Part shown: piece by piece, positions 24,413-38,061 of the stretch
Layout: each line of letters opens with the position of its first letter
Position numbering within the stretch: the stretch's first letter is position 1
Source of the DNA: Nymphaea colorata
Taxonomy: Eukaryota
Direction: 5' to 3'
NCBI RefSeq assembly: GCF_008831285.2
Contig: NC_045138.2
Span: 16,988,001 to 17,052,000, forward strand
Length of the DNA stretch: 64,000 bases
Position numbers and translations under genes: made by a program
Notes under the pieces: generated by a model
The model's input: the letters and a program-made list of their open reading frames with translations, nothing else
The model's database searches: none
Told to the model about the DNA's origin: nothing

Positions 24413-27400
24413 AGGGACGGGTACTTCAGATCTTCTATTCGAGATGAACTATCATTCTAAGACATCCAATTTTTAAGATTTTAGACTATTGATTTCTTAA
24501 AAAATCTAAAGTCTTACGGTTGAAGGATGCAAAAATGAAGGTTAATGGTTATCTTAGTCCATTAAATAGAGTTTTTTTGTTATAATCCAAGGGGAGGCCC
24601 CATATGAGACGTAAACGCCCCTTAGTTATGAACTCGTTTTAGAGGAACTTTTTAATCAAGAAAAGAACAATAGAAACTCCTTGGGTCGATTTTCTCTTCT
24701 CAATATTTTTTGCTTTTACATAAAACTTCACACTCTAAGACATACTCTTAATACACATTAAAGTCTTTCTTCTCTTCGGGTTATCAAATATCTTTTCACT
24801 ATTGAAGGAATAAAGATAATATGCCACATGTGATAAGAGAAAAATGTAAAAACTGCAAAGTTAAAAAGGCACCATATTGAGTTTGGACCTTTTGTCACTC
24901 GACTGCCTGAAGCATCGCCTGCTAAAGTTTCGAGGTCGGAGCTCGCTCTCATCTTGAGAGAAACGAATTCTTCAAGCAAAGCTATCTGTCAATCATCTTT
25001 GTTGCTTAATACCGAAAGCAACCTGATAAGATTCGATCCATCGTGTCAACAGTGGGAGCCTACAAAAAAAAACGTCACGCACAGATTTTGTCAACTTAAG
25101 TTTATTTCAACATTGCAAAAGCTGACAGCGAAGGCAAAATTTGATGCTTGCGAATCCATTTTTCACAGGCTTTTTTTTCCATGTTTTTGAAGATGCAACC
25201 TCTGAATAATGAATAAAATGATATTGGCCATTGTCATTTGGGGCTACATATTGGGTACGGTTATGGAGATATGGGTATAAACATGCCAAAAATAAAAGTG
25301 GGTACATGTGCATATGCATATAATTCCACAAAATTCAAAATGAAGATGATATTTAAATAAAAAAATAATATAAATAAAAAATCTATGTTAATCACTAATA
25401 ACCCACAAAAATAGAATGGAAAATGAGTTGGAAACACACTAAATCAAATAAAAATAAATAGTTTGGATCAGTTTCAATTTAAAAAGTATCCAGATATATT
25501 CAGGTACCTGATTGGCCTTATCGGTATATTGACATGGGTAAAGGGACCTTACTGAAATGCCCATGTCCATGTGACCTATTGTCCCAGCAGGAACATAAAA
25601 TGGATCTGATATATCTGACCACCATTCTGAACTCAAAATAATTTTGCTAATCTGGCAAAGAAATTTAGATCTTACTATTAAGCAGATTTAGATTCAGTTC
25701 ACATCTTCGCTTTTTTCCAGGAAATACAAGGTTGAGATCCAAACTGTTTCCGAAACCAAATGGATCGAATTGTATCACAATCTGTGCCTCAAATACAGGA
25801 AATGGATTTGATACTTAGTGGCAGCGTTAGATCCGTATCTAAACTTGGATATGACGTAAATCGTCAGCCCGACTTCTGCACTAGATTTAAAAAAATCTGA
25901 ACCTGATCTGAATGCACAGTTCGGATCCTTAAAGGATCCATAGTGAGAAACTAGATTAAAAAAGAGATGTAATGAAAAATCCTTTTGTTGCGGAATCGTC
26001 CCCACCTTATCACATTATTAAAAACTCATGCTCGCTTAAGTGAATTTTGCAAATCAGCGTCTACATTTTTATTAGTCCTGCAAAAAGTTCTTTGACATTA
26101 AAGGATGCCCAATTGCCCATCAAACTGTGGAAAACTATCATTCGTGACGCAAGTGACGCTATGCAAACCCATCTAGACATTATTCTAATTTGTAATATAT
26201 AAGTTTTCAAAACACACCCAAATATTTGGCAATAATAATTTCAATATTTGTTTCACCGAATTTCCTTTTATATTAAGTAAAAAATAATCCAAAAGATTAT
26301 TTTTAGCAAATTAATTATAGAACCAGTGAAAACTTATCTCTTTACCTTCTGAAAAATAACATAAACGTGTACTTTGTTTAATTGTTGTCACTAGGTTCTC
26401 CGTGAATAAATTAATAGCACTAGTAAAGGAAAATATTGAAACAATTGTTAGATATTAATAAAAAATAACTGATTTGGATATAATGAATCGTCTATTAGCT
26501 TTCTTGGATATAGATAAGGCTCTTAATGAATAAACAAATCTTCGAACATAATCGTTAATGAGCGCACTTTAGTCTTGTTTTTACACTAATAAACCTAAAG
26601 CTAATTCACATCAAGTTGTCTTTTCTAACGTTGATACTCCTAGTTGCATCTTTCACAATATCAAATCGTATTATCTCTATTTTTTTTTTGTTTGATTTTG
26701 AAAATATTCCTTTGTGATATGACTCAAAGTTAGAAACCATTTTTCTTAGGATTATATACCGGCTACAAAAGCTTTTTGTATGTACAATTGAGTTGTCCTT
26801 TGTCTTTTCCCCTGTTGTTTTCTCAAATTTTTTTCATTGGCAAACATATCTTCTTGGAAAAATAAATATATGGCAATTTTATATTCCAAGGACCCTGTCT
26901 GTATACGTTCGTCTTGCTCCCAGACAAGTTGTCTTGGATGGAAAACATGTTTGCGCCGTACGACACTCAAACAAACAGTAGAGAAATAATCCTGGATAAG
27001 TACTCTTGATTCATGTACACATAAAGCGCAGGGCTTTTCTGGATTTTCAGTCACTCAGTCAGGCTTGGTAGGGGCTGGCGTAAAATCCTGAAAAACTTTT
27101 GTTGGCATAACCAATCCCAGTAGGTAACATCCATGTTTGTATATGAACACATTGGAAAAGTTTTGTATTAGACCTGAAACCAACCAAAATCCCCATTAAG
27201 CTCTTCAATTTTTAATTGCACATAAACTATAAAGATGAAATTGGTTGGTCGTCTGTAAAAAAAAAAAGGTAGAATCCAACACAAAAAAACTAATATAAGG
27301 ACGTACATGGTTTCAAAAACAAAAGTTTTTCTACATCCATGGCCGCATTGAGTCTCCACCATTTTGAACAAAGATAGTTACAGGAAATCCTGGCCCTCCA

Positions 27401-30400
27401 ATAAAAGTTAAAACAGTACTGCAAAAATAGAAATCACAACAAAACTCTTAATGGATATATGTAAAACAGGGGAAATATATTAAATTGAGATTAGACAACA
27501 TACTCCCAACATTGGGTCTTGTTTTCTTGTTTTTCACTAGAACATAAGATCTTTCATGTAAAATTTCCAGTGGGTTTTGGATCTTGTCAAATGCCTGCAC
27601 ATACTAATCAAGTACAGGTCACATGTATATAATCAAAATCTTCTGTTATTTGAGTAGGCAAGTTTTGGTTAGACAGACTCTTAGACTTTATATCAGAAGG
27701 CTCACCTTGAGCATTGAACTCTCTTGTTTCTTCAATTTGAAATTCTTTCAAGCATAAAAACATTTTTTGGCGTAGCTGGTTGGGCTAGAGCTAGCATCTG
27801 GTCAGTCATTGGTATGACTTAGAACTCGAAGGTACTAGCCTCAGGGTTTTGCTCACAAAATCTCTCGATCCGTGTGCAGTTTCCTTGAGACCCAAACCAA
27901 AGTTCATACATTTTTTGTGAATGATATCTGTCACTATGTCCATGTTTCTCCAGTGGTAAAGCTAAAGAGAATCAAATTCTTCGCCAGGGTCACCTTACCT
28001 TCATCCTATTGTCATTGTCCTCAATGTGGGAGTGACCTGAACCAAATTCATCATAGTGATATTCTTTGAAGTTTAGGTAAAGTGGCTTTTGCCATCTGTC
28101 CTTTCCTCTTTTGCTTTAAAGCTTGCAGTTGACTACTCATTAGAATCTTTTATGATCCATATTAAGTGAGACCACGGGTGATGCCTTTTCCGGATATATA
28201 TGTGCAAGATTAATGCCCATGGCCTGCTTGTTAACTTAAATGAACTCTTTTCCTGTCTCAATTATTTTAGTCCCAAAATTCCATTCTGCAAACTTTTTCC
28301 ATTTTAAGCTAAAGAAGAAAAAGATTTAATTCCCACTACACGTTGGCAGGCTTGTAGTTGGTAAACTTTCGAGATTTCCGGCCGGCCGGCTTCTAGTTGA
28401 TGAAAATTTTGAGAATTCCGGCAAAGAAAGAGAATGCATTGTTCTTGGGCCTTATATCATGGTGGACTCTCTGACTTTCAATTAATTTCAGATATCCTGA
28501 TAACTTTCATAAATCATACATTTAGATGGATGGTAGCTCTTCTGGTGTTATTCACTGCAACTATCTTTGCTAAATCTAGACTTGAATAGGTGCATTGAGT
28601 AAGATGCACTGATAAGCAAGCAATTGCATCGCTAATAAGAGTTTTTTCTTCACCTTATTGGGTACTGATAAATATAAGCACCACCTTCTGCACCGACTTC
28701 GGCCATATGATCTTGTTGGATTTTGAAGATTGGGAAATCGAAAGAGGGAAGCTCACAAAAGTTACTGATGTTTTCAGTGTCCTTGTGTAAGTCGCATTGA
28801 TTGAACAACTCGTAGTGTTGTATGCTGTTACTCATAATTGTTGGTTCTCATTTGATTTGATCTGATCTTGATTGACGTAGTCGGATACTTTGTAGATGGA
28901 CCCCATGCAAAGCAATTATTTAAAGAGTAAGATGGTGCCTGGTTATTTGAAACATGCTACTACGATATGCTGTTTTTTACACGAATTCTAGACGTAAAAA
29001 ATGTATAGGAATAAACGGCAAGGAAGTTATCCCTGACTGCGTTGGTGTAAGGGACTGAATGAGGCTAGTAGGTAGTTAGTTTCTGTTTCGCTTTTTTTTT
29101 TTTTTTGGAGGTACTAATATGCAACATGAAGTACTGGGGAAGGATAGTGCGCGCTCAAGGCACCGAAAGCATGCCTGGTACTCTGGAAGGATCAGGGGAA
29201 GGGTGGAGGCTTCAGGTTTCTACTCAACTCACCCAACAAAACCATAAAAGTTTCTGGGTGCGACTAAATTCTATATTGGGTGGAATTTAGTTTTTTTTCT
29301 TTTACAACAGCTCACATGGATCTCACACGGAAAGAGAATGGGCTTCGACACGTAAATGCATCTTTCCACACGTTGAAATCTTAATAAAGATTCCCTAAAC
29401 TATTAATAAACAGCAAAGTGTACTCATATTTTATATTTTAGAGAGAGAGAGAGAGATGTCCCTCTGTCTAATTTTAAATGCTTGACTATTTTGTTTTCAA
29501 ATAGATTAATATACCTTTAAGCTCGACACATTCAATTTTTGTTTCTTGTTGAATAGCCTAAATAAAAAAGGGAAACGGTCAACTGGTCCGTCAGTTGCAT
29601 TGTGGTCCTTAATAAAGGCACCATATTGTATTTCATGGGCCATAAAAAGTTCTGGAGGAGTACCAAGAATTAACCTTCACTTTATATTGTGTTCCCATTT
29701 GACTTTCCACCTCTTGTGATTACAAAAGACTTAAAATTCCTTTTATTCCTTCCCCACTTTCGGTTTCTTCAGTTCTAACTGGATGTTTCGTCCCAGCCCT
29801 TCTCCTGTATTTTATTCCTTGCTTGTGAAATTTATTTTGAGTTTGGTTTGGCAAATTAAGTTGTGTTACCAATTTGCAGCACCAAGTATCAGTTTCTCAC
29901 TAAGAAGATTGTAATCGAAGAGAGAAAAGTGTACTGTCTGACAAAAAAGAAATGTGTAATCAAGAACATCTAAGTGATTCATCTGCAAAATTACACAGTG
30001 TTTTCTGAAGCCATCATCTGCCATTTTCTCTGACTTTAACTTTACTTTATCCAACGCGTTACTCGCTAATCATGCTTTAAACACATGCAGTTTTGCTTCA
30101 TAGTTAAGCTTAGAATCAATATGAGAAGCAGCACTGCATTTACTTGATGCTTTTTTTCTGCTCCCCTTCCCTTTCCCCTAGTGGGAACCCAAAAGAAAAT
30201 TCTATGCCTCAATTGTGGAACAGGAATACACAATCTCAAAAGGATTCTTGGAGAAATTCTATCTTCTCTTTATCTCCCTTTGTTCCTTCTCGTTTTTCGA
30301 GAAATTTTTTTGTGGTTAAGCTAGAGCATCCCCTCACCTACACAGTTGAATTGTGGGGCTCATGAGTCATGATCAAGTCCATTACCTAGAGGGTGTGAAG

Positions 30401-30698
30401 GCAATCAACTCAAAGAAATTGCAGTGGGAAACTGCAAGGACCAGTGAACTATGAGGCACAAAGTTGGTAACATCCCTCTTGTTTTCATTCATTCACATTT
30501 ATGATATACTCCAAAAGGACCATGTTCCTTTCACAGAACTTGGTGTCTCTTCATTCAATTTTTAACCTCATATATCTCACTTTTCAGGCCTAGACATTTA
30601 TGCATGTCTAGCTTTTTACAAAAAGCCATGCATGGGGCCTATAGAAAGTGGACTCCAAGTCATGTGAGCAACAGGGGAATCTCACCTACACCTTCAAG

Positions 30699-30705
30699 TA
30701 TTTAA
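30699..30705 (+). promoter_or_regulatory. Probable TATA-like box of pri-MIR166
   Basis: TATTTAA ~110 nt upstream of the hairpin, followed by a CT-rich leader tract (30775-30805). Confidence 0.5.
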
Positions 30706-30806
30706 GGACTCAAACCAGCCAAAATGCAAAATAATGCATGTCCCAAGTGAAGCTCCAAACACAGAGGAACTCCGTCTCCCTCTCTCTCACTCTCCCCCTC
30801 TCTCTA

Positions 30807-30892
30807 GTTGAGGGGACTGTTGTCTGGTTCGAGACCATTCATGTTCAACAAATGACATGGATGATCTCGGACCAGGCTTCATTCCCCCCAAC
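30807..30892 (+). ncRNA. MIR166: MIR166 precursor hairpin (mature 30867-30887; star 30814-30834)
   Basis: Exact canonical miR166 TCGGACCAGGCTTCATTCCCC on the 3' arm; star GGACTGTTGTCTGGTTCGAGA on the 5' arm; gttg/caac basal stem; candidate splice donor CAG|GTAATA at ~31055. Confidence 0.97.
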
Positions 30893-32889
30893 ATGTTCAG
30901 GAACTAAGATCAGTGAGTTCTGATCAGGTTTCATTCTCCTCAACTAGCGAAAATTTTTCAGCAATATCCATAGTGGCAGAGCTCTCTCCTTCAATGCCTT
31001 CCCTTGTTAAAGAATTCCTGTGGGTCTTATTATTTCATTTCTAGCAGACTGCAGGTAATAGCAAAGTCTCTTTTTATTGTTTTTGCAATGTATTTCAACT
31101 TGTCCTTAACAAAGTATGTGCAATTTCAATTCTTGTTCTGTACAAATCCTGTCGAGGGGAGTTAATTACATCAAAAGCATCCTATGTGCGCAAAAAATCT
31201 ACCTATGATGAAGAAAGGTCAGTGCTAAAGTAGCTTAATTAATTTCTCAAAGTCTTTTCTTGTTTGTGAGATCTTAGCATGCTTTTTCTTGTTCATTTAT
31301 CTACTTATTGGCTGAGAAACCACAATGAAAACCTGCCGTATCTTTCGTTTCAGTTCTACCAAACACTGGAAATGTTGCCTAAAAGCCTGGATTTTCAGAC
31401 TTCTGGATATTTCTGGTCATGCTGTAAGTTATGTTGGAAACAACTTTCTTTTGCCTCTTTGTGTACTGTCAACCAAGAAGGCTTCTGCTTTTTCCACTTT
31501 GACTGTTACCATTGTGCTGCCTACTAACTTTCATTTTATTTTCTTCTCCTACCACCTTATTGTTTATGGAATCAATCTCAATAAGAGCCTAGTCTTGAAT
31601 GGTAGTTGGAGTAGATGGCATGCACTTTTTCTTCTTCAAGTTGTATGTGAAAAATCATAACAATGTTTGGAAAGGAAAAAAGAAAAAGCAAAGAAGGTAA
31701 AAAGGAAGGGGATGGGGCATTTTCTGTCTCTGTGTGTGCCATGCTGTGCTATCATGGTGGAACCGTACAGTATGTGGTAGAAGATGGCGACGTAAGTGAA
31801 CTCTCTCGTAGGATACACAAATATTTGCATTTTATAGTTTTTTTACATTATTAAAAAGCAAGAGAAAAATGCCAATTATTGTAGATTAAATAGAGCCATC
31901 AAGCTCTTTAATTGATTTCAATGATAGAAAACTCCACCATTACTTAGGGAAATACCATCTGAACACAGTTAAATATGGAGACAGAGATAAACCATGTGAA
32001 CACAATTAATCATGGAGACAGAGAATGAAAGAAGAAACGGAAAATATGTTTCCTGATCAGTTTTTTCTTGTGACATTTTTAGGCGCTGCGTTCATCAATA
32101 GCCGAGTTTCCAGGAACCACTTTTAAACATCATTTATTAAATGCTGGGTATGGTGCATGATACCTTCATCTAATAGCTCAGCTACATTTCCTTCCTAGTT
32201 GCATGATACGGCTGAATTTCATTAATCGTTACTGCCAAACAAGGAAAACAATTATGAGTCGCAGTTTATACTAATGCGCAGAAAGAAAGCTTTGTTTGTG
32301 AGATCAATGTTACTGGAGTCGAACAATTCCAACTGAAGCGGTGCCAAACAGATTTGGTTCAATAGCTGATTCAAGAGCGACAAGTGCCATTTTTAATTGT
32401 TTCTTAGACATTTCTTTAAGTTCTGTTAATTTAAAATTAATCCTTATATGTTTTTTCTAAAACTCTCACTGTGTTTCTGTATCCAATGTTACTCACCTCG
32501 ATAACTCTCTTAACAAGTCTAGAGAAGCACAGATTCAAGAATTTTTCTAATTAACTTATCCTTAAGAATTCGAGAGTTCATCTATGTTTAAGAATGTACC
32601 TTTTCTTGTTGTTGTAGCCCAATAGATATGTACTTCACTTGCTTAAGACTCTAGAGCCTCATTAAGTTAATTCAATTTAAACCATGTTGCCGAATAGAAA
32701 AAGTAACAATGAATGCGTGAACAAATGAAAACCTGTGAGGGCAGCTGCAATTATAATTCGGTGGACCATCCGGGGAGGGTTAGAAGTAGTGCGATCAGAA
32801 ACAGCCATAAATGCATTATGTGTGTCTCTCAAACAAATGGAATCGAGTACGGTTAAAAATCGACAAAGCTCTCTATCAGATTTGACCGA

Positions 32890-32916
32890 TTTTCCACAAT
32901 AACCATTTGGGATGTA

Positions 32917-32968
<52 letters not shown>

Positions 32969-32989
32969 ACAATAACCATTTGGGATGTA

Positions 32990-33034
<45 letters not shown>
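32890..33034. repeat. Tandem duplication of a 30-bp unit plus (CT)n
   Basis: tttccacaataaccatttgggatgtaccat followed by (CT)n, twice. Confidence 0.95.
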
Positions 33035-33040
<6 letters not shown>

Positions 33041-33222
33041 ATGCATCCATGTGGATGTGCATGTTCACCATCATCATCATGATCATCATCGTCGTCATCT
33101 ACCTAGAGACTTCTGAGTTGACAACAGTGCCGCCCTAGAGAGAAATCTTCATAGTTACTGAACTGCAGGCATGGGCACTGCAGAGTGACAAGATGATTCT
33201 TGTGAGATGTAAAAACATCATG

Positions 33223-33293
33223 TACATCCGAATGACTTCGAACATACAGTCTGGTGTTTACATCCGAAAGACTTTGAACATACAGTCTGGTGT
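33223..33293. repeat. Tandem duplication of a 36-bp unit
   Basis: tacatccgaa-gactt-gaacatacagtctggtgt occurs twice. Confidence 0.9.
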
Positions 33294-34014
33294 ACGCTAT
33301 GTTTCCCATACAAACATATGGGCACTTTATGATATGATTATATGAAAAGGTATGTGTTTAGCCCACATGCTTCTACGCTTAAAGGTGACAGACGTGTACT
33401 TGAGTTTGAGTTGCTTGAGTTTGAGTTGAAGGGTGCACCGCTGCAATGCTCAATGCAATGCATGATCCTGAAAGACATGAGAAATGGGGAGGCCTTGGGC
33501 TACTTTTTCATGTGTAGAATTGTTAACCTCTCCCTCACCCGGATCAGACATGCATGTGAGGACTTTATTTTGAGAGTCCCCAAGGGAATCACGCTCAGTA
33601 AATGGAACTTGTGACATGAAATTCCATAGCTAGTATCCTCATCACTGTAGGCTTTGGTTGCTTAGAATTGCATAAAAGATAGGGTAGCTGCTATGACATA
33701 TGAACCCTCAGCCGCTTGTCCGACAGCCAAATCACAAAACAGCGTCGGGCTGACTGTAGGAAAAAGTAAGCACGTAATGGTAGCAGACAAAGTTTCTCAT
33801 TTGAAAAGAAGATTCATATATTGTGAGTGTGTTTGCAGGGACGGAGGGAAGGGGTCCGGCAGGGGCCATGGCTGCGGCTCACATTTTGGAAAAAAAAAAC
33901 ATGCTTATATTTTCAAAAACTAAAATTCCTAAAGATATTAATCGGCTCCTACACAAATTTTGAAAAAAAAAAAATTATTCGGCCCCCTTACAAGAAATTA
34001 TGGCTTTGCCCTAT

Positions 34015-34390
34015 GTGTATGTGAGAGAGAGAGAGAGAAAAAGGTGGGGAGAGAAAGTTTTGTCATGAAGAGTTCGAGCTTGAAAACTTTTCATGCCAAA
34101 AAAATATCATCGGAAAAGTTGGCCATTGATTCTCGAATGAAGTAGAAATTCATATGTATGTATGTGTGTGTGTGAGGGGGAGAGAGAGATTTTGCCAGGA
34201 AGAATTCATGTTCCTTGAAGCCGTTTCACGTCTCAAAATCTGGTCATTGATTCTCATATGAAAAGAAAATTCGTATGTACTTGTGTTTGTGTATATGTGA
34301 GAGAGAGAAAGATTTTGGCACGAAGAATTCATGTTTCTTGAGAGCTTTTCATGTCAAAATTAAAATACCATTGAAAAGCTGATTATCGAT
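34015..34390. repeat. Diverged ~130-bp tandem array (3 units)
   Basis: Each unit has tgtg..gagagaga, ttttg-ca-gaaga-ttc, ttga-a-c-tttca-g, then cattgattctc-atgaa-agaaattc (partial in the third unit). Confidence 0.7.
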
Positions 34391-37300
34391 CCCTTTTTCC
34401 TAACAATTTTTTCAATTTCCAAACGAACGGACGAGGCAATTTCCATAGCATTTTGCAACATTTACGCCTGCATTACACACCTAAGTTGTCTACAACTTTC
34501 GCAGAATCTTGCTCAAATTCATTTATATATCTTCAGCATCTGTTTTATGGTCAGTACTTCCAAAAGACGACCAAGAAGTCGGAATATCTAAATACTCAAT
34601 CGTAAAGGAAAATTGTTCATAGAAGTTGTGAAAATTTTCCTAAATTACGCATAAAATCATAGGAATATTTAAGGCATCTTTTTCTAAAAATGCACAAGCT
34701 TTGATCATTAAAGGAGTAAAAAGGCACTCCAATGAGAATATCAAAAGCATTCAAAAAGATGAATTTGAGAGGAAAAGGATGGAACCAAAGCAAATTTTGC
34801 TAAAAGTTGTCCATTCGAACTATAGTACCCCCAACACAAGAACTTTTCACAAACTAACTTTGGTTAGGGTTGCTAATGGGTCAGCTTTGTGTCACATCAT
34901 GTTCATTACATACCTTTACTCAGTCTTCATTTTCAAGATTCATTCAAATATGATTAAATTGGTTAATAAAGTTATATTAGCCATATTTGAGGTAGGTGAA
35001 GGTGATCTTGATAAACCATGTATCAAAAACTGAAAAGAAAGATTACCAAGGAGTTAGTTTAGACAAATGACATGTTAAACTGGCTTGACTGTCATATCTA
35101 TATATATTTTTAAAATGTTTACTTAGGGAAAACTGTGTAAAACCTCCCAAGGTCATAATACCCAGCTTCTACCTCAAAGGTTCTAATAAGTGTCACGTTT
35201 TTTACTGTTTGCAGTTTAGCAGAGCAACACACTGGAGCTAAAAACGGATATATCGTACCCATTTGATTTTAGCAGAAAAGCCCCGAAAGGTATGACCTGT
35301 CATGCCTAAGATCATCGTCTGGATGAGTATCGAAGCAGGGGCCAGGGCTGTGCCTGGTTTCGTTCTAATACATGTTAATAATAATTTCACTTCATGTGGT
35401 ATGGAGGTATAGCACCTACAAGGATCGAACCATCGACTTTCTGTGTCACCAACCCGACTAGCTATATTATGCGCTGCGAGGCAACAGTCTAAAACTTTTG
35501 AGGCCATGATGCTACGAACCAGATGAATTTCACATGCCGGAGCCAAGAAATCGCAATGAGATTTGTATACATGATGAGTAAGTTTTACATGGAAAAGCAA
35601 AGAGATCGCCATATTCTGCCAAGGGCCCTCCGCGGGTGATTGTTCTAAGTTTCCAACCCTTCGAGTGCAATACGTTGGGATGCTTTAAAGTTTAAAGTGA
35701 AGGGCTCCTTGAATCCGATATGCCTTCAGTTAAATAAGTAGCAGGAAGCTTCGTTGTAAGTGAGTACCGATTAGATAGAAATGGGAAACATCTGCCTGTT
35801 AAGGCTGGGAAATGAGCCAAATGAATGAATAAGACACGTTTAGGCTTAACCAGTTGATCTATTTGAGTACTCAAACTTAGCACTAGTGACGGAGCCAGAA
35901 CTAGCACTCAAGGGCAGAGCCAGTTTCCATGGGGCACTAGATATTATCAACTGCCACACATGCTCATACCTGCCCCCCTGCTTGGCTCATGTTTGCCACT
36001 GAGTCATTTAATAGTGAAATATGTTGTTTAGCTTCATTATCTCATTTATTGTTCTATTAATCTACAACAAATTGAGCTTCGACTCAAGCTGCAGATTTGA
36101 GGTTGCATGTGTGTTTTAATGGTCATTAGATCGCATAAGAAAAATTTAGTTTTGAAACCTCAAGTTGATTTCGCTCATGAGCTTATATGAATCATATAAA
36201 TTTGAAAGTACAAGTGAATAAAAAATAAATAACAAATACAACACACGTTATTGAATAATATAATCATAAGCTTCCACGTTTGCACCGTAAGACTTTATTT
36301 TTCCACATAGAGAAAAGTGGGGAGATACTAAAGAGACGCTGAAACTCATATCTTTTTCGCTCTGTCTAGAGGCTAGGGCTGTGTCAGGACCTGAGTGGAG
36401 GTGCAGTACACTGGTCAACTAATCTCATGCATCTACTATTTATAGTGTAGATGAGTAGCAACCACGGGCAAACTAATGACCCGCGAGTCCAACCAGCTAC
36501 TCTATGCACATCAAAGCAAAGGTAAAAGAAGTGGAAAGTAGTTCGGATCGGCTTTGGGGATACCAGATTCAATTTTAAGTTACCTTGTAATGCATTTTGT
36601 TGTCCTAAATTGGATCCATTTGAAACCCTGGATAAGAAGTCACCCATTTTTATAGAAGTGAATGCAGTTGGTTCTCATGAAGTTTGAAGAAATTTTGTGG
36701 TTATTTTGAACTCTTGAACGCCCTCCCCATAACAACACTTCATCAACTTTATGCCTTATTGTACATGAGGAAAGAGGAAAGCTCAAAAACTGAACAAACG
36801 TCCGGATCCGTTGAATGGCAAGTTCTTTCTAAGTCATATATGAAGATTATCAGGAACGTTTCAAAGAAAGGTTGGTAGAGTTAGTTTATGATGAGATTTG
36901 GAAGTTCCTTGTGATTCATGGAAATGGCATCTTTAAAATTCAGAACTGCTCTAGGATTTTCAAGAGTTCTCTCTTCTTTTATGCCCTTACAAGAAGGACA
37001 TTAAAAAGAAAAGTATTGCTTCCTCAAATTTTCAGTTCTTAAAGTTTTTTTATTTCAGGGCAAACGCTTTTTTAATCGAGAGCAAACAGATTTTCATGGT
37101 ACATGGAGTCATCAAGTCTTGACACCAAATTGGCTTGAATTGGTGGACTTGAATCGGGCAAATTGATTTGATTCAACTAATTCAAAATCATATCGTGTAC
37201 ATACCAAAATTTTAAATACTTCAAAAGTTTATTATTTTTAAATAACTTATATTCTATCATCTTTTTCCAATTATTCAGCTCGCTCATATAGTTTCACTAA

Positions 37301-37609
37301 GAATACAATCATAAACTTTTCTTAGGATTAACTGAAAGTAAGGAGTATGATTGGTTAAAATTGTGTCGAATCTGGCTTGTGATTAGGTTGCAATGGAGTT
37401 TATTAAAATAGAAAAATTAATAAACTTAAACTCAGCTTCATTTTATTTGTAATATTTGTAATATGTTAATTTAGGTTTAAAATCACAAGTTGGGTCCGGA
37501 GACATTACAGTTGTCTCGCTTATCAAGATTCAAGTTGGATTAGAATAAATCTTGGCATACTTTAAGGCTAATCCAGATCTAGTGCGAGGTCCACCCACTT
37601 TATTGGTTT

Positions 37610-37900
37610 GAGTTGAATTTGAGTTCGAGTTATACTCGAGTCGCTTAAACTCAAGTAAACTTGTTTAATCTAGTTATATTTTTTTCATTTTTAAATTTAA
37701 AATTATAAAAAAATATGTAAACGAGTCGAGATCGAGCTTAAACAAGAACTATTGAATTAACTTGACTCGAGCTTAAGCCGAGCTCGAGTTGAGCAATATA
37801 TTAGTCGAGTGGACTTGACCCCAGTCGAGGTCGAGAATTCGTCCTATCGAGTTAAGCTAATATTGTACAGCTATGAGTCCTTCGACTCGGCTCCTTACCA
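37610..37900. mobile_element. Degenerate cgag/ctcg-rich MITE remnant just upstream of the oxidoreductase gene
   Basis: Dense gagtcgag/ctcgag/gactcg motifs as in 14266-14684; right end ctcggctccttaccagcccta resembles that TIR. Confidence 0.55.
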
Positions 37901-38061
37901 GCCCTATTTCCCACCTCTCTCCAAATTCCAAAACGACTGACTATCAACAGGATAAGCTGCCATTTGCATGCAAGCAACCCACGCTCTTCTTCTCGAGGGC
38001 TCCTTCGTGTTGCATGTGATAAACGCGATCCCTCCCTCCAGCTCTTGCTTTTTCCTTCCAA

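Noticed and set aside
25998..26025. snRNA promoter USE-like GTCCCACCTT with a nearby TATA-like tract
   Set aside because: USE-TATA spacing is far too short and no snRNA sequence follows.
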